Source of the DNA: Candidatus Kurthia equi
Lineage (GTDB): Bacteria; Bacillota; Bacilli; Bacillales_A; Planococcaceae
Assembly (NCBI GenBank): GCA_018065935.1
Contig: JAGHSJ010000021.1
Location: 1-55,326, forward strand
Length of the DNA: 55,326 nucleotides
Direction: 5' to 3'
Shown: in pieces, positions 21,214 through 35,377 of the stretch
Position numbering within the stretch: the stretch's first letter is position 1
Layout: the number at the start of each line of letters is the position of its first letter
Program-made: the position numbers and the translations under genes
Notes under the pieces: generated by a model
Databases searched by the model: none
What the model saw: only the letters and a program-made list of their open reading frames with translations
Told to the model about the DNA's origin: nothing

Positions 21214-24200
21214 TTGACAGGTCAACTAGTTCAGTACGGACAACACCGCCAGCGTAGAAGCTTCGCGCGTATTAAAGAGGTGCTAGAACTTCCGAATCTT
21301 ATTGAGATTCAAAGCACATCTAATGAGTGGTTCCTTGAAGTAGGATTACGTGAAATGTTCCGTGATATTTCACCTATTGAAGACTTTACAGGAAATTTAT
21401 CACTTGAATTTGTCGACTATAGTCTCGGAGAACCGAAATATGACGTTGACGAATGTAAACAACGTGATACAACTTATGCGGCTCCATTACGCGTGAAAGT
21501 ACGTTTGCATAACAAAGAAACAGCTGATGTGAAAGAGCAAGAAGTATTTATGGGTGATTTCCCATTAATGACTGAAACAGGAACTTTCATTATTAACGGC
21601 GCAGAACGCGTTATCGTTTCTCAATTAGTAAGATCACCTAGTGTATACTATCATGATAAAACTGATAAAAACGGTAAAAAAGGCTTCGGCGCAACAGTAA
21701 TTCCAAACCGTGGTGCATGGCTTGAATATGAAACAGATGCGAAAGATGTTGTACATGTTCGTATCGATCGTACACGTAAATTACCAGTAACAGTACTTTT
21801 ACGTGCATTAGGTTTCGCTTCAGACCAAGAAATCATTGATTTAATCGGTGATAACGAGTACCTACGTAATACACTTGAAAAAGATAATACAGAAAGCACT
21901 GAAAAAGCGCTTCTAGAAATTTATGAGCGTCTACGCCCAGGTGAACCACCTACAGTAGAAAGTGCTAAAAATTTACTGTATTCTCGCTTCTTTGACGCGA
22001 AACGTTACGATTTAGCTAACGTTGGACGTTATAAAATGAATAAAAAACTTCACATTAAAAACCGTCTTTTCAATCAAACTATTGCTGAAACTTTAGTGGA
22101 TCCAGAAACAGGCGAAATTTTAGTGGAAAAAGGTACGTTAATCGACCGTCGTGTCTTAGACAAAATTACTCCTTATTTAGAAAATGGTGTTGGATTCAAA
22201 ACACTTTCTAAAATTGGTGGCGTAATTGAAGGCGACGTTTTAGTACAAGAAGTTAAAATCTTTGCTCCAAATGATGAGTCTCAAAAAGAAATTAAAGTAA
22301 TCAGTAATGCATACATCGATGATGAAGTGAAAAATATCACGCCAGCTGACGTAGTAGCATCTGTTTCTTATTTCTTCAACTTATTACATGGTGTGGGTGA
22401 CACAGACGATATTGACCACCTTGGTAACCGTCGTCTACGTTCAGTTGGTGAGCTTCTGCAAAACCAATTCCGTATCGGTCTATCTCGTATGGAACGTGTC
22501 GTACGTGAACGTATGTCAATTAACGATACTGAATCTATCGTGCCACAACAATTAATCAATATTCGTCCTGTAATTGCGTCTATCAAAGAATTCTTCGGTA
22601 GCTCTCAATTATCTCAATTCATGGACCAAACGAATCCACTTGCAGAATTAACGCACAAACGTCGTCTATCTGCATTAGGACCTGGTGGTTTAACACGTGA
22701 ACGTGCTGGTTTCGAAGTACGTGACGTACATTACTCTCACTATGGCCGTATGTGTCCGATTGAAACTCCAGAGGGTCCGAATATCGGTTTAATTAACTCA
22801 TTATCATCTTATGCAAAAGTAAACAAATTTGGTTTCATCGAAACACCGTACCGTCGTGTGGATCCTGAAACTGGTGCTGTAACTGAGCATATTGATTATT
22901 TAACAGCAGATGAAGAAGATAACTACGTAGTAGCTCAAGCAAACTCAATCTTAAACGAAGATGGTTCATTTGCGGAAGAAGAAGTTGTAGGTCGTTTCCG
23001 TGGTGATAACTCTGTGTTTAAACGTGATTTAATTGACTACATGGACGTATCTCCTAAACAAGTAGTATCTGCTGCGACAGCATGTATCCCATTCTTAGAA
23101 AACGATGACTCTAACCGTGCTCTAATGGGTGCCAACATGCAACGTCAAGCTGTTCCTTTACTAAACCCTGAAGCTCCATTCGTTGGTACAGGTATGGAAC
23201 ACGTAGATGCTCGTGACTCAGGTGCAGCAGTAGTAGCGAAATACGCTGGTATTGTTGAACATGTTGAAGCACGTTCAATCCACGTACGTCGTATCGAAGA
23301 AGTTGACGGAAAAGAAGTACAAGGTGATTTAGTTAAATATAAATTACAAAAATTCATCCGTTCTAACCAAGGTACAAGTTATAACCAACGCCCACTAGTA
23401 TCAGTTGGTGACCGTGTTAACCCACGTGACATCTTAGCTGATGGTCCTTCAATGGAAAAAGGTGAGTTAGCTCTAGGTCGTAACGTAGTCGTTGCATTCA
23501 TGACTTGGAATGGTTACAACTATGAAGATGCCGTTATCATGAACGAACGTCTTGTTAAAAATGACGTTTACACTTCTGTTCATATTGAAGAATACGAATC
23601 AGAAGCGCGTGATACTAAATTAGGGCCTGAAGAAATCACTCGCGACATTCCTAATGTTGGTGAAGATGCTCTTCGTAACCTTGATGAACGCGGTATTATT
23701 CGTATCGGTGCTGAAGTTGATGATGGCGATATTCTAGTTGGTAAAGTAACTCCTAAAGGTGTTACAGAATTAACTGCAGAAGAACGTCTATTACATGCAA
23801 TCTTCGGTGAAAAAGCGCGTGAAGTTCGCGATACTTCACTACGTGTACCTCATGGTGCCGGTGGTATCGTTCTTGACGTTAAAGTCTTCAACCGTGAAGA
23901 TGGCGACGAGTTATCTCCAGGTGTTAACCAATTAGTTCGTGTTTATATTGTTCAAAAACGTAAAATTCGCGTTGGTGACAAAATGGCCGGACGTCATGGT
24001 AACAAAGGGGTTATCTCTCGTATCCTTCCAGAAGAAGATATGCCATTCCTTCCAGACGGAACAGCAGTAGATATCATGTTAAACCCACTTGGTGTACCAT
24101 CTCGTATGAACATCGGACAAGTATTAGAGCTTCATTTAGGTATGGCTGCTCGTTACTTAGGCGTTCACATGGCTTCACCAGTATTTGATGGTGCTACCGA

Positions 24201-24771
24201 TGAAGATGTTTGGAAAACAATGGAAGAAGCTGGCATGAACCGTGATGGTAAAACTGTACTTTATGATGGTCGCTCAGGTGAACCATTAGACAACCGTGTA
24301 TCAGTTGGGGTTATGTATATGATCAAACTTGCCCACATGGTTGACGATAAACTTCATGCTCGTTCTACAGGTCCTTACTCACTAGTTACGCAACAACCAC
24401 TTGGTGGTAAAGCGCAATTCGGTGGACAACGTTTCGGTGAAATGGAAGTTTGGGCTCTTGAAGCATACGGTGCTGCGCACACACTTCAAGAAATCTTAAC
24501 TGTTAAATCGGATGATGTTGTTGGACGTGTTAAAACTTACGAAGCTATCGTAAAAGGTGACAGCGTTCCAGAACCAGGCGTTCCAGAATCATTTAAAGTA
24601 TTAATTAAAGAATTACAATCTTTAGGTTTAGATGTGAAAATGTTGAATATCAATGACGAAGAAATTGAGTTACGCGACACAGAAGATGACGAAGAAGTTT
24701 CTTCAAATGACGCACTTAATATCCTTCCAACTGATGATGCAAAAGAATCATCTGTAACTTCAGAAAACTAA
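21214..24771 (+). CDS. rpoB: RNA polymerase beta subunit
   Basis: Conserved segments including [15 protein letters not shown] and [12 protein letters not shown]; TTG start behind GAGGGGTG. Confidence 0.99.
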   Translation: MTGQLVQYGQHRQRRSFARIKEVLELPNLIEIQSTSNEWFLEVGLREMFRDISPIEDFTGNLSLEFVDYSLGEPKYDVDECKQRDTTYAAPLRVKVRLHNKETADVKEQEVFMGDFPLMTETGTFIINGAERVIVSQLVRSPSVYYHDKTDKNGKKGFGATVIPNRGAWLEYETDAKDVVHVRIDRTRKLPVTVLLRALGFASDQEIIDLIGDNEYLRNTLEKDNTESTEKALLEIYERLRPGEPPTVESAKNLLYSRFFDAKRYDLANVGRYKMNKKLHIKNRLFNQTIAETLVDPETGEILVEKGTLIDRRVLDKITPYLENGVGFKTLSKIGGVIEGDVLVQEVKIFAPNDESQKEIKVISNAYIDDEVKNITPADVVASVSYFFNLLHGVGDTDDIDHLGNRRLRSVGELLQNQFRIGLSRMERVVRERMSINDTESIVPQQLINIRPVIASIKEFFGSSQLSQFMDQTNPLAELTHKRRLSALGPGGLTRERAGFEVRDVHYSHYGRMCPIETPEGPNIGLINSLSSYAKVNKFGFIETPYRRVDPETGAVTEHIDYLTADEEDNYVVAQANSILNEDGSFAEEEVVGRFRGDNSVFKRDLIDYMDVSPKQVVSAATACIPFLENDDSNRALMGANMQRQAVPLLNPEAPFVGTGMEHVDARDSGAAVVAKYAGIVEHVEARSIHVRRIEEVDGKEVQGDLVKYKLQKFIRSNQGTSYNQRPLVSVGDRVNPRDILADGPSMEKGELALGRNVVVAFMTWNGYNYEDAVIMNERLVKNDVYTSVHIEEYESEARDTKLGPEEITRDIPNVGEDALRNLDERGIIRIGAEVDDGDILVGKVTPKGVTELTAEERLLHAIFGEKAREVRDTSLRVPHGAGGIVLDVKVFNREDGDELSPGVNQLVRVYIVQKRKIRVGDKMAGRHGNKGVISRILPEEDMPFLPDGTAVDIMLNPLGVPSRMNIGQVLELHLGMAARYLGVHMASPVFDGATDEDVWKTMEEAGMNRDGKTVLYDGRSGEPLDNRVSVGVMYMIKLAHMVDDKLHARSTGPYSLVTQQPLGGKAQFGGQRFGEMEVWALEAYGAAHTLQEILTVKSDDVVGRVKTYEAIVKGDSVPEPGVPESFKVLIKELQSLGLDVKMLNINDEEIELRDTEDDEEVSSNDALNILPTDDAKESSVTSEN

Positions 24772-24900
24772 TTTACAATAATTAATGGAAGATGGACAGG
24801 ACCTTAAATGGGCTTGTCCTAATTCCAATTTATCTTATAAAATCAATCGTCGAGCTAAGTGACAAGTCAAATAGACTTCATAATAAGGGAGGTAGGCTCC

Positions 24901-27900
24901 TTGATAGACGTTAATAATTTTGAGTATATGAAAATCGGTTTAGCTTCACCAGATAAAATCCGCTCATGGTCTTATGGAGAAGTAAAAAAACCAGAAACAA
25001 TCAACTACCGTACACTTAAACCAGAAAAAGATGGTTTATTTTGTGAACGAATTTTCGGACCTACAAAGGACTGGGAATGCCACTGTGGTAAATACAAACG
25101 TGTTCGCTATAAAGGCGTAGTTTGTGATCGTTGTGGAGTAGAAGTAACACGTGCTAAAGTTCGTCGTGAACGTATGGGTCATATCGAATTAGCTGCACCA
25201 GTATCACATATTTGGTACTTTAAAGGTATTCCATCTCGTATGGGTCTTATCTTAGATATGTCTCCTCGTTCTCTTGAAGAAGTAATTTACTTTGCTTCTT
25301 ATGTAGTAATCGAGTCTGCTGACACACCTTTAGAGAAGAAACAACTGCTTTCTGAAAAAGAATATCGTGCGTACCGTGAAAAATTCGGTTCAACATTCAA
25401 AGCTGCAATGGGTGCTGAAGCAATTAAGGATCTTTTACGTGAAATCGATCTTGATAAAGAAACAGAAATGTTAAAAGAAGAGTTGAAAACTGCGCAAGGT
25501 CAACGTCGTACTCGTGCGATTAAACGTCTTGAAGTAGTTGAATCTTTCCGTCACTCAGGTAACCGTCCAGAATGGATGATTCTAGATGTACTACCAGTAA
25601 TTCCTCCAGAATTACGTCCAATGGTACAACTTGATGGTGGACGTTTCGCAACTTCTGATTTAAACGATTTATACCGTCGAGTTATCAACCGTAACAACCG
25701 TCTAAAACGTCTATTAGACCTTGGCGCACCGGGAATCATTGTACAAAATGAAAAACGTATGCTTCAAGAAGCTGTAGATGCTTTAATCGATAATGGTCGT
25801 CGTGGCCGTCCAGTAACCGGACCAGGTAACCGTCCACTTAAATCTCTTTCTCATATGTTAAAAGGTAAACAAGGTCGTTTCCGTCAAAACTTATTAGGTA
25901 AACGTGTCGATTACTCTGGTCGTTCTGTAATCGTAGTTGGTCCATCTTTAAAAATGTACCAATGTGGTCTACCAAAAGGTATGGCAATCGAACTATTCAA
26001 ACCTTTCCTTATGAAAGAACTTGTTGAGCGTGGTTTAGCACACAATATCAAATCTGCAAAACGCAAAATCGAACGCATGCATGAAGATGTATGGGATGTA
26101 CTTGAAGAAATCATTCGTGAACACCCAGTTCTTCTTAACCGCGCACCGACCTTGCACAGACTAGGTATTCAAGCGTTTGAACCAACATTAATCGAAGGTA
26201 AAGCCATCCGTCTTCACCCATTAGTATGTACAGCATATAACGCTGACTTTGATGGTGACCAAATGGCGGTCCATGTTCCTTTATCTGCTGAAGCACAAGC
26301 TGAAGCTCGTCTATTAATGTTAGCTGCACAAAACATCTTGAACCCTAAAGATGGTAAACCAGTAGTAACTCCTTCTCAAGATATGGTATTAGGTAACTAC
26401 TACCTAACTTTAGAACGTAAAGGAACTGTTGGTGAAGGTACTGTATTTACTGATAGTGAAGAATTAATGATTGCTTACCAAAATACGGAAGTGCATTTAC
26501 ACACTCGTATCGCAATCAAAGCATCTTCTCTAAAAAATAAAACATTTACCGAAGAACAAAATAAAAAATTACTACTTACTTCTGTAGGTAAAGTAATTTT
26601 CAATGAAATTCTTGATGAGAATTTCCCATATATCAATGAACCAACAAATGCTAACTTATTAGAAACACCAGATCATTACTTCGTACCAACTACAACGAAC
26701 GTAAAAGAATACTTTGCTAACGCAGATGTTGTTAAACCGTTCACGAAGAAATATCTTGGTAATGTTATCGCTGAAGTATTCGCACGTTACCACATCACAG
26801 AAACATCTGTTATGTTAGACCGTATGAAAGACTTAGGCTTTAAATATTCTACTAAAGCAGGTATCTCAATTGGTATCTCGGATATCATCGTACTTCCAGA
26901 TAAGCAAGAAATTCTTACTGAAGCACAAACACAAGTTGATAAAGTATTAAAACAATTCCGTCGTGGTTTAATCACTGAAGAGGAACGTTATGAACGTGTT
27001 ATCTCGTTCTGGACTGCTGCTAAAGAGAAAATTCAAGCGAAACTGATGAAATCTCTTCCTGCAGAAAACCCAATCTTCATGATGAGTGACTCTGGTGCCC
27101 GTGGTAATGCATCCAACTTTACTCAGCTAGCTGGTATGCGTGGTCTAATGGCCAACCCGGCTGGTCGAATCATCGAGTTACCAATCAAATCTTCATTCCG
27201 TGAAGGTTTAACAGTATTGGAATACTTCATCTCTACCCATGGTGCTCGTAAAGGTCTTGCCGATACAGCACTTAAAACTGCCGATTCAGGTTACTTAACT
27301 CGTCGTTTAGTAGATGTTGCACAAGATGTAATTGTCCGCGAAGATGACTGTGGTACTGACCGTGGTTTATTAATTTCTGCATTACGTGAGGGTACAGAAA
27401 TTATCGAAACATTAGACGAACGTTTAGTTGGCCGTTATGCTAAGAAAACTATTCGTCACCCTGAAACAAATGAAGTAATTGTTGCTAGAAACGAATTAAT
27501 TACGCAAGAGCTTTCTCGTGCAGTAGTTGAAGCTGGTATCGAAGAAGTAACAATCCGCTCAGCATTTACATGTAACACTAAACATGGTGTATGTAAAAAA
27601 TGTTATGGTATGAACTTAGCTACAGGAGATAAAGTTGAAGTTGGTGAAGCTGTAGGTATCATCGCAGCTCAATCAATCGGTGAACCAGGTACTCAGTTAA
27701 CAATGCGTACTTTCCATACAGGTGGGGTTGCCGGTGCCGATATCACTCAAGGTCTTCCTCGTATCCAAGAAATTTTTGAATCACGTAATCCTAAAGGTCA
27801 AGCGGTTATCAGTGAAATCACTGGTATCGTAAGTGACATTGAAGAAATTCGTGAAGGTCAAAAAGAAATCACTGTAACAAGTGGCGTTGAATCACGTAAG

Positions 27901-28500
27901 TACTTGGCTCCATATAATGGTCGTCTTAAAGTTCAAATTAATGACGAAGTTCATCACGGACAACCACTTACTGAAGGTTCTATTGATCCAAAACAATTAA
28001 TCAAAGTTACTGATGTAACTACAGTAGAAGAATATCTATTAAAAGAAGTACAAAAAGTTTACCGTATGCAAGGTGTAGAAATCGGCGATAAACATATCGA
28101 AGTTATGGTACGCCAAATGCTACGTAAAGTTCGTGTAATCGAAGCTGGAGATACTGATTTATTACCAGGTTCACTTCTTGATATTCACCAATTCTATGAT
28201 GCTAATGGTCCTGTTATTAATGCTGGTAAAATCCCAGCAACATGTACTCCTGTAATCCTTGGTATTACAAAAGCATCATTAGAAACTGAATCATTCTTAT
28301 CTGCTGCATCATTCCAAGAAACAACTCGTGTTCTTACAGATGCTGCAATTAAAGGTAAACGTGATGAGTTACTAGGTCTTAAAGAAAATGTTATCCTTGG
28401 TAAACTTGTACCAGCTGGTACAGGTATGCAACGTTACCGTCAAATTAAAATTGCTGGTGAAGAAGCTAACAAAACTGAAGAAACAGTTTCAGCTGACTAA
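24901..28500 (+). CDS. rpoC: RNA polymerase beta' subunit
   Basis: NADFDGD catalytic motif and zinc finger; TTG start behind GGGAGGT. Confidence 0.99.
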   Translation: MIDVNNFEYMKIGLASPDKIRSWSYGEVKKPETINYRTLKPEKDGLFCERIFGPTKDWECHCGKYKRVRYKGVVCDRCGVEVTRAKVRRERMGHIELAAPVSHIWYFKGIPSRMGLILDMSPRSLEEVIYFASYVVIESADTPLEKKQLLSEKEYRAYREKFGSTFKAAMGAEAIKDLLREIDLDKETEMLKEELKTAQGQRRTRAIKRLEVVESFRHSGNRPEWMILDVLPVIPPELRPMVQLDGGRFATSDLNDLYRRVINRNNRLKRLLDLGAPGIIVQNEKRMLQEAVDALIDNGRRGRPVTGPGNRPLKSLSHMLKGKQGRFRQNLLGKRVDYSGRSVIVVGPSLKMYQCGLPKGMAIELFKPFLMKELVERGLAHNIKSAKRKIERMHEDVWDVLEEIIREHPVLLNRAPTLHRLGIQAFEPTLIEGKAIRLHPLVCTAYNADFDGDQMAVHVPLSAEAQAEARLLMLAAQNILNPKDGKPVVTPSQDMVLGNYYLTLERKGTVGEGTVFTDSEELMIAYQNTEVHLHTRIAIKASSLKNKTFTEEQNKKLLLTSVGKVIFNEILDENFPYINEPTNANLLETPDHYFVPTTTNVKEYFANADVVKPFTKKYLGNVIAEVFARYHITETSVMLDRMKDLGFKYSTKAGISIGISDIIVLPDKQEILTEAQTQVDKVLKQFRRGLITEEERYERVISFWTAAKEKIQAKLMKSLPAENPIFMMSDSGARGNASNFTQLAGMRGLMANPAGRIIELPIKSSFREGLTVLEYFISTHGARKGLADTALKTADSGYLTRRLVDVAQDVIVREDDCGTDRGLLISALREGTEIIETLDERLVGRYAKKTIRHPETNEVIVARNELITQELSRAVVEAGIEEVTIRSAFTCNTKHGVCKKCYGMNLATGDKVEVGEAVGIIAAQSIGEPGTQLTMRTFHTGGVAGADITQGLPRIQEIFESRNPKGQAVISEITGIVSDIEEIREGQKEITVTSGVESRKYLAPYNGRLKVQINDEVHHGQPLTEGSIDPKQLIKVTDVTTVEEYLLKEVQKVYRMQGVEIGDKHIEVMVRQMLRKVRVIEAGDTDLLPGSLLDIHQFYDANGPVINAGKIPATCTPVILGITKASLETESFLSAASFQETTRVLTDAAIKGKRDELLGLKENVILGKLVPAGTGMQRYRQIKIAGEEANKTEETVSAD

Positions 28501-28507
28501 TTAAATT

Positions 28508-28548
28508 AAATCCGAAGGAGAATTCTCCTTCGGATTTTTCTTTTTTTG
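28508..28548 (+). terminator. Intrinsic terminator after rpoC
   Basis: AAATCCGAAGGAG-AATT-CTCCTTCGGATTT plus T tract. Confidence 0.9.
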
Positions 28549-28577
28549 TTGACAGCAACTCTATAGAATGATAATAT
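28549..28577 (+). promoter_or_regulatory. SigA promoter of the str operon
   Basis: TTGACA-N17-TAATAT with extended -10 TG. Confidence 0.75.
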
Positions 28578-28619
28578 ATTTTAGGTTGATAGTTGTCTGT
28601 CTATCATTTCGGGGATTTA

Positions 28620-28850
28620 ATTTCTCACGGAAAAATCTACAGTCGGGTCTAAGATGAACAGTAGTTAATATTTGTAGGTCATGTATGAGAATGTCGAGTT
28701 TCTGAATGCATACGATCGAATGACCACGCATGCGGTGCGACTAGTAGCACAAATTATGGTGTTCCCGTTGCATTAGGGCAGCTTTCCAGCTGGTAGAAAA
28801 TTTTCATTCGAGCATGTGACAAACAATATTAGTATTGATGTTAGTTTTTG
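28620..28850 (+). pseudogene. ybxF: Degraded ybxF/rplGB (L7Ae-family) remnant
   Basis: Syntenic slot, no intact ORF; fragments ISHGK, VGSK, GHV*E, GVPV and RAC in the order and roughly the spacing of YbxF MSYDK, IGTK, GSVKE, GISV and KAC. Confidence 0.55.
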
Positions 28851-28890
28851 CACTGATCATGCGAAAGCTTTGTTTTTTACCCTAACATGA

Positions 28891-28907
28891 ACCACCTGGA
28901 TGTGTGG
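28891..28907 (+). promoter_or_regulatory. Conserved rpsL leader hairpin
   Basis: ACCAC-CTGGATGT-GTGG stem-loop typical of the Bacillales rpsL upstream region. Confidence 0.55.
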
Positions 28908-28945
28908 TATTAAAAAACGCAAGTTTATGAGAGGAGGAGAAATCG

Positions 28946-29365
28946 ATGCCTACAATTAACCAATTAGTACGTAAGCCTCGTCAATCCAAAAGCAAGAAAT
29001 CAAACTCACCAGCTTTAAACAAAAGTTATAACAGCTTTGAGAAAGTTCTAACTGATGTAAACTCACCACAAAAACGTGGTGTTTGTACTCGTGTTGGTAC
29101 TATGACTCCTAAAAAACCAAACTCAGCGTTACGTAAGTACGCTCGTGTACGCTTAACTAACCAATTAGAGGTTAACGCATACATTCCTGGTGAAGGTCAT
29201 AACCTACAAGAACACAGTGTTGTACTTATTCGTGGCGGACGCGTAAAAGATTTACCCGGTGTACGTTACCATGTAGTACGTGGTGCTCTTGATACTGCTG
29301 CTGTTACTGGACGTATGCAATCTCGTTCATTATATGGTGCTAAAAAACCAAAAGAGAAAAAATAA
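28946..29365 (+). CDS. rpsL: 30S ribosomal protein S12
   Basis: [11 protein letters not shown] and [10 protein letters not shown] motifs. Confidence 0.99.
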   Translation: MPTINQLVRKPRQSKSKKSNSPALNKSYNSFEKVLTDVNSPQKRGVCTRVGTMTPKKPNSALRKYARVRLTNQLEVNAYIPGEGHNLQEHSVVLIRGGRVKDLPGVRYHVVRGALDTAAVTGRMQSRSLYGAKKPKEKK

Positions 29366-29398
29366 TACAATTAGCTTTAGCTGAAAGGAGGAAAACAC

Positions 29399-29869
29399 AT
29401 GCCTCGTAAAGGTCCTGTTTCCAAACGTGACGTGTTACCAGATCCAATTTATAATTCAAAACTAGTAACTCGTTTAATCAACAAAATGATGGTAGATGGT
29501 AAAAGAGGTACTTCTTCAAAAATTTTATACGGTGCGTTCGAAATCGTTAAAGAACGTTCTGGTGAAAACCCTGTAGAAGTATTCGATGCTGCATTAAACA
29601 ACGTGATGCCTGTACTTGAAGTACGCGCTCGTCGTGTTGGTGGTGCTAACTATCAAGTACCAGTAGAAGTACGTCCAGAACGTCGTACAACTCTTGGTCT
29701 TCGTTACCTAGTAAATTACTCTCGTCTTCGTGGAGAAAAAACAATGGAAGAACGTCTTGCTAATGAAATTCTTGACGCTTCTAACAACACTGGTGCGTCA
29801 GTTAAAAAACGCGAAGATATGCACAAAATGGCTGAAGCCAACAAAGCATTCGCTCACTACCGCTGGTAG
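29399..29869 (+). CDS. rpsG: 30S ribosomal protein S7
   Basis: [11 protein letters not shown] and AFAHYRW motifs. Confidence 0.99.
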   Translation: MPRKGPVSKRDVLPDPIYNSKLVTRLINKMMVDGKRGTSSKILYGAFEIVKERSGENPVEVFDAALNNVMPVLEVRARRVGGANYQVPVEVRPERRTTLGLRYLVNYSRLRGEKTMEERLANEILDASNNTGASVKKREDMHKMAEANKAFAHYRW

Positions 29870-29914
29870 GATTCAAATCAATTCAAATTTCCATTATGGA
29901 AGGAGAAATTCCGC

Positions 29915-31996
29915 ATGACTAGAGAATTCTCACTTGAGAACACTCGTAATATCGGAATCATGGCTCATATTGATGCTGGTAAAACAACAACAACTGAGCG
30001 TATCCTTTATTACACTGGTAAGATTCACAAAATCGGTGAAACTCACGAAGGCGCTTCTCAAATGGACTGGATGGAGCAAGAGCAAGAACGTGGTATTACT
30101 ATCACTTCTGCTGCTACAACAGCCCAATGGAAAGGCCACCGTGTAAACATTATCGATACACCAGGACACGTAGACTTCACTGTTGAAGTTGAACGTTCAC
30201 TTCGTGTACTTGATGGTGCGGTTACTGTACTTGATGCTCAATCAGGTGTAGAACCACAAACTGAAACAGTATGGCGTCAAGCAACAACTTATGGCGTTCC
30301 TCGTATTGTATTCATTAACAAAATGGATAAAATCGGTGCTGATTTCTTATATTCTGTAGGAACATTAAAAGATCGTTTAGAAGCTAACGCTCATCCAATT
30401 CAATTACCAATCGGTGCTGAAGATGAGTTCCACGCAATTATCGACCTTGTAGAAATGAAAGCTACTTTCTATAAAGAGGGCGATGATGGTTCTAACGCTG
30501 AAGTTACTGAAATCCCTGAAGAATACAAAGCGCAAGCTGACGAATACCGCGAAAAACTTATCGAAGCTGTAGCTGAATTAGATGAAAATCTAATGGAAAA
30601 ATACTTCGCTGGTGAAGAAATCACTGTTGAAGAATTAAAAGCTGCAATTCGTAAAGCTACTCTATCTGTAGAGTTCTACCCAGTAGTATGTGGTACAGCT
30701 TTCAAAAACAAAGGTGTTCAATTAATGCTTGATTCAGTAATTGATTACCTTCCAGCTCCAACTGATGTTGAATCTATTAAAGGTACAGACATCGATGGAG
30801 AAGAAGAAATCGTTCGTCACTCATCTGATGAAGAACCATTCGCTGCATTAGCGTTTAAAGTTATGACTGACCCTTATGTTGGTAAATTAACTTTCTTCCG
30901 TGTGTACTCTGGTGTTCTTGAATCAGGTTCGTACGTACAAAACTCATCTAAAGGTAAACGTGAACGCGTAGGTCGTATCCTACAAATGCACGCTAACTCT
31001 CGTGAAGAAATCGAACGCGTTTACGCGGGCGATATCGCAGCAGCTGTAGGTTTAAAAGCTACAACTACTGGTGATACTTTATGTGATGAAAAATCATTAG
31101 TTATTCTTGAGTCTATGGAATTCCCTGAACCAGTTATCTCACTTTCTGTTGAACCAAAAACAAAAGGTGACCAAGATAAAATGGGTCAAGCATTACAAAA
31201 ACTTCAAGAAGAAGATCCAACTTTCCGTGCACACACTGACACTGAAACAGGTCAAACAATCATCTCTGGTATGGGTGAACTTCACTTAGATATCTTAGTT
31301 GATCGTATGAAACGTGAATTCCGCGTTGAAGCTAATGTTGGGGCACCTCAAGTTTCTTACCGTGAAACTTTCCGTGAATCAGCTAAAGTTCAAGGTAAAT
31401 TCACTCGTCAATCAGGTGGTCGCGGTCAATACGGTGACGTATGGGTTGAGTTCACTCCTAATGAAGAAGGTAAAGGATTTGAATTTGAAAATGCTGTAGT
31501 CGGCGGTGTTGTTCCTCGTGAATACATTCCTGCTATCGAAGCTGGACTTAGAGACTCACTAGCTAATGGTGTAGTTGCTGGATTCCCAGTTATCGATGTT
31601 AAGACTAAAGTATATGATGGTTCTTATCATGATGTCGATTCAAATGAAATGGCATTTAAAGTTGCTGCATCTCTTGCAGTTAAAAAAGCAGCTATCGCTT
31701 GTAAACCGGTTCTTTTAGAACCAGTTATGAAAGTTGAAGTTGTAATGCCAGAAGAATATCTTGGTGATATCATGGGTAACCTTACTGCTCGTCGCGGACG
31801 CGTTGAAGGTATGGAAGCTCGCGGTAACGCTCAAGTTGTTCGTGCTATGGTTCCTCTTGCTGAAATGTTCGGGTATGCAACAACTTTACGTTCTGCTACT
31901 CAAGGACGCGGTACTTTCTCTATGGTATTTGACCATTATGCAGAAGTTCCTAAATCAGTTTCAGAAGAAATCGTTAAAAAACATAAAGGTGAATAA
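29915..31996 (+). CDS. fusA: Elongation factor G
   Basis: [14 protein letters not shown] and NKMD GTPase motifs. Confidence 0.99.
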   Translation: MTREFSLENTRNIGIMAHIDAGKTTTTERILYYTGKIHKIGETHEGASQMDWMEQEQERGITITSAATTAQWKGHRVNIIDTPGHVDFTVEVERSLRVLDGAVTVLDAQSGVEPQTETVWRQATTYGVPRIVFINKMDKIGADFLYSVGTLKDRLEANAHPIQLPIGAEDEFHAIIDLVEMKATFYKEGDDGSNAEVTEIPEEYKAQADEYREKLIEAVAELDENLMEKYFAGEEITVEELKAAIRKATLSVEFYPVVCGTAFKNKGVQLMLDSVIDYLPAPTDVESIKGTDIDGEEEIVRHSSDEEPFAALAFKVMTDPYVGKLTFFRVYSGVLESGSYVQNSSKGKRERVGRILQMHANSREEIERVYAGDIAAAVGLKATTTGDTLCDEKSLVILESMEFPEPVISLSVEPKTKGDQDKMGQALQKLQEEDPTFRAHTDTETGQTIISGMGELHLDILVDRMKREFRVEANVGAPQVSYRETFRESAKVQGKFTRQSGGRGQYGDVWVEFTPNEEGKGFEFENAVVGGVVPREYIPAIEAGLRDSLANGVVAGFPVIDVKTKVYDGSYHDVDSNEMAFKVAASLAVKKAAIACKPVLLEPVMKVEVVMPEEYLGDIMGNLTARRGRVEGMEARGNAQVVRAMVPLAEMFGYATTLRSATQGRGTFSMVFDHYAEVPKSVSEEIVKKHKGE

Positions 31997-32011
31997 TTCG
32001 ATTATTTTTAA

Positions 32012-32096
32012 TTGAAATTTTCATCATTATAAAGTATAAATAATTGTAAGCTACGATTTACTTTGAAACGGGGCCCTGTTTCAGAGTAGATCGTGA
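32012..32096 (+). promoter_or_regulatory. Internal tuf promoter and long leader hairpin
   Basis: TTGAAA-N17-TATAAA; ACGATTTACTTTGAAAC..GTTTCAGAGTAGATCGT stem. Confidence 0.6.
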
Positions 32097-32138
32097 CTAT
32101 AAAAAATTAAATTAGAAACCCTAGGAGGCACATTTAAA

Positions 32139-33326
32139 ATGGCTAAAGAAAAATTCGACCGTTCTAAAACCCATGCTAACGTTGGTACAATTGGACACGT
32201 TGACCATGGTAAAACTACATTAACTGCTGCAATCGCTACAGTTCTTTCTAAAAAAATGGGTGGGGAAGCAAAATCTTACGCTCAAATCGATAACGCTCCT
32301 GAAGAAAAAGAACGCGGTATCACAATCAACACTTCTCACATCGAATATGAAACTGCAACTCGTCACTACGCTCACGTAGATTGCCCAGGACACGCCGATT
32401 ATGTTAAAAACATGATCACTGGTGCTGCTCAAATGGATGGCGGTATCTTAGTAGTATCTGCTGCTGATGGCCCAATGCCTCAAACTCGTGAACACATCTT
32501 ACTTTCACGTCAAGTTGGTGTTCCTTACCTTGTAGTATTCTTAAACAAATGCGACATGGTTGATGACGAAGAATTACTTGAATTAGTTGAAATGGAAGTT
32601 CGTGACTTATTATCTGAATACGATTTCCCTGGCGATGATATTCCAGTAATCAAAGGTTCTGCTCTTAAAGCTCTTGAAGGCGAACCAGAATGGGAAGAAC
32701 GCATCGTTGAATTAATGGACGTTGTAGATTCTTACATTCCAACTCCAGAACGTCAAACTGACAAACCATTCATGATGCCTGTAGAGGATGTTTTCTCTAT
32801 CACAGGTCGTGGTACAGTAGCAACTGGCCGTGTTGAACGTGGACAAGTTAAAGTCGGCGACGTTATCGATATCGTAGGTATCGCTGAAGAAACTGCTCAA
32901 ACAACTGTAACAGGTGTTGAAATGTTCCGTAAATTATTAGATTACGCTGAAGCTGGCGATAACATCGGTGCTTTATTACGTGGTGTTGCTCGTGAAGATA
33001 TCCAACGTGGACAAGTACTTGCTAAACCAGGTTCAATCACTCCACACACAAACTTCAAATCAGAAGTTTATGTATTATCAAAAGAAGAAGGCGGACGTCA
33101 CACTCCATTCTTCTCTAACTACCGTCCTCAGTTCTACTTCCGTACAACTGATGTAACTGGTGTTGTAACACTTCCAGAAGGCGTTGAAATGGTAATGCCT
33201 GGTGACAACGTAGAAATGAATATCGAACTTATCCACCCAATCGCTATCGAAGACGGTACTAAGTTCTCAATTCGTGAAGGTGGCCGTACTGTAGGCGCTG
33301 GCGTTGTAGCTTCAATCCAAAAATAA
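32139..33326 (+). CDS. tuf: Elongation factor Tu
   Basis: [14 protein letters not shown] and NKCD motifs. Confidence 0.99.
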   Translation: MAKEKFDRSKTHANVGTIGHVDHGKTTLTAAIATVLSKKMGGEAKSYAQIDNAPEEKERGITINTSHIEYETATRHYAHVDCPGHADYVKNMITGAAQMDGGILVVSAADGPMPQTREHILLSRQVGVPYLVVFLNKCDMVDDEELLELVEMEVRDLLSEYDFPGDDIPVIKGSALKALEGEPEWEERIVELMDVVDSYIPTPERQTDKPFMMPVEDVFSITGRGTVATGRVERGQVKVGDVIDIVGIAEETAQTTVTGVEMFRKLLDYAEAGDNIGALLRGVAREDIQRGQVLAKPGSITPHTNFKSEVYVLSKEEGGRHTPFFSNYRPQFYFRTTDVTGVVTLPEGVEMVMPGDNVEMNIELIHPIAIEDGTKFSIREGGRTVGAGVVASIQK

Positions 33327-33353
33327 TTCTTCTTTGAAGAAATTATGATCTTG

Positions 33354-33391
33354 AAAAGACCCGAGTGGTGCGCACTACTCGGGTCTTTTTT
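33354..33391 (+). terminator. Intrinsic terminator after tuf
   Basis: AAAAGACCCGAGTGGTG..CACTACTCGGGTCTTTT. Confidence 0.9.
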
Positions 33392-33581
33392 ATTTGGAAA
33401 CCCTATGCTGTATTTCCTTTATATAGAGAAGATACTACATCATATAAAATAATTAAGTATTTTAATGGTTTATAGTTGTAATCTTGCTGATATTTTTATA
33501 TACTAAAAAACGTTGTAAAGAGCGGTCGTAAAAAGAGATTTAAAGAAAATAAAAAACACGTCAAAGAATTTCTTGAAATGA

Positions 33582-33720
33582 CTTGCACATTACTATATCT
33601 TTATGTATAATATTGAATGTTGGTCTTTGACTGCGATGAAGCGAGAGGTTACCGACACACCCGGCCGCATTGCCATGGCGAGTGGTTGGAAAATTTTCGT
33701 GGAGAATTGTCTAGGAAATA
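33582..33720 (+). promoter_or_regulatory. S10 operon promoter and conserved Firmicute rpsJ leader RNA
   Basis: TTGCAC-N17-TATAAT followed by the GC-rich structured leader GACTGCGATGAAGCGAGAGGTT..CACACCCGGCCGC.TTGCCATGGCG. Confidence 0.75.
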
Positions 33721-33721
33721 G

Positions 33722-34051
<330 letters not shown>

Positions 34052-34097
34052 TGGTAAAAATAAAATAATATTTAAAAATTCACAGGAGGTGTGACTA

Positions 34098-34727
34098 ATG
34101 ACCAAAGGAATCTTAGGTAGAAAAATCGGTATGACGCAAATTTTTGCTGAAAACGGTGATTTAATCCCAGTAACAGTAATCGAGGCTACTCCAAACGTAG
34201 TTTTACAAAAGAAAACTGTTGAAACTGACGGATACGAAGCTATCCAACTTGGTTTTGAAGATAAGCGCGAAAAGCTTACTAACAAACCAGCTAAAGGACA
34301 CGCTTCAAAAGCAAACACTACTCCTAAGCGCTTCATTCGCGAAATTCGCAATGCTAACTTAGCTGAGTACGAGGTTGGTCAAGAAGTCAACGTTGAAACA
34401 TTCGCAGAAGGCGATGTAGTAGATGTAACAGGCGTAACTAAAGGTAAAGGTTTCCAAGGTGTTATTAAACGCCACGGACAATCTCGCGGACCTATGTCAC
34501 ATGGTTCTCGTTACCACCGTCGTCCTGGTTCAATGGGCCCAGTTGCTCCGAACCGCGTATTTAAACAAAAGAAATTACCTGGTCAAATGGGTGGTACTGT
34601 CGTTACAATTCAAAACTTAGCAATCGTTAAGGTTGATGCAGAACGTAACCTTCTATTAGTAAAAGGTAATGTTCCTGGTTCTAAAAAAGCATTAGTAACA
34701 GTTAAATCTGCTATTAAAGCTAACTAA
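34098..34727 (+). CDS. rplC: 50S ribosomal protein L3
   Basis: [11 protein letters not shown] motif; synteny. Confidence 0.99.
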   Translation: MTKGILGRKIGMTQIFAENGDLIPVTVIEATPNVVLQKKTVETDGYEAIQLGFEDKREKLTNKPAKGHASKANTTPKRFIREIRNANLAEYEVGQEVNVETFAEGDVVDVTGVTKGKGFQGVIKRHGQSRGPMSHGSRYHRRPGSMGPVAPNRVFKQKKLPGQMGGTVVTIQNLAIVKVDAERNLLLVKGNVPGSKKALVTVKSAIKAN

Positions 34728-34753
34728 TTTTCCGGAGAAAGGAGGAAACAGGA

Positions 34754-35377
34754 ATGACAAAAGTTAATGTACTTAGTCAAACAGGTTCTTCTGTAGGCGA
34801 AATCGAATTAAACGATGCAATCTTCGGAATCGAACCAAACGAATCTGTTATCTTTGATGCAGTAATCGCTCAACGCGCTTCACTACGTCAAGGTACACAC
34901 AAAGTTAAAAACCGTTCTGAAGTTGCAGGTGGCGGTCGTAAACCATGGAAACAAAAAGGAACTGGACGTGCTCGTCAAGGTTCTATTCGTTCTCCACAAT
35001 GGCGCGGCGGTGGTATCGTATTCGGTCCAACACCACGTAGCTATGCTTATAAACTTCCTAAAAAAGTTCGTCGTTTAGCTCTTAAATCAGTATTATCAGC
35101 GAAAGTTGCAGATTCTGAATTAGTAGTATTAGACGCATTAGCATTAGCAGCACCTAAAACAAAAGAATTCGTTAAAGTTCTTTCTGATCTTAACATCGAT
35201 TCTAAAGTATTATTCGTTACTGCTGACCTTGAAAGCAACGTAGCTCTAGCTGCTGGTAACTTACAAGGCGTTAAAGTTTTAAAAGCTGACGGTATCAATG
35301 TTCTTGACCTTGTTGGTCATAACAAAGTTGTTATCACTAAATCAGCTATTGAAAAAATTGAGGAGGTGCTTGGATAA
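34754..35377 (+). CDS. rplD: 50S ribosomal protein L4
   Basis: [15 protein letters not shown] motif. Confidence 0.99.
   Translation: MTKVNVLSQTGSSVGEIELNDAIFGIEPNESVIFDAVIAQRASLRQGTHKVKNRSEVAGGGRKPWKQKGTGRARQGSIRSPQWRGGGIVFGPTPRSYAYKLPKKVRRLALKSVLSAKVADSELVVLDALALAAPKTKEFVKVLSDLNIDSKVLFVTADLESNVALAAGNLQGVKVLKADGINVLDLVGHNKVVITKSAIEKIEEVLG

Noticed and set aside
22585-22700. Rifampicin-resistance cluster I of rpoB (also checked the RpsL PKKPNS loop and the RpsJ loop)
   Set aside because: Sequences match wild-type Bacillales consensus; no resistance substitution seen
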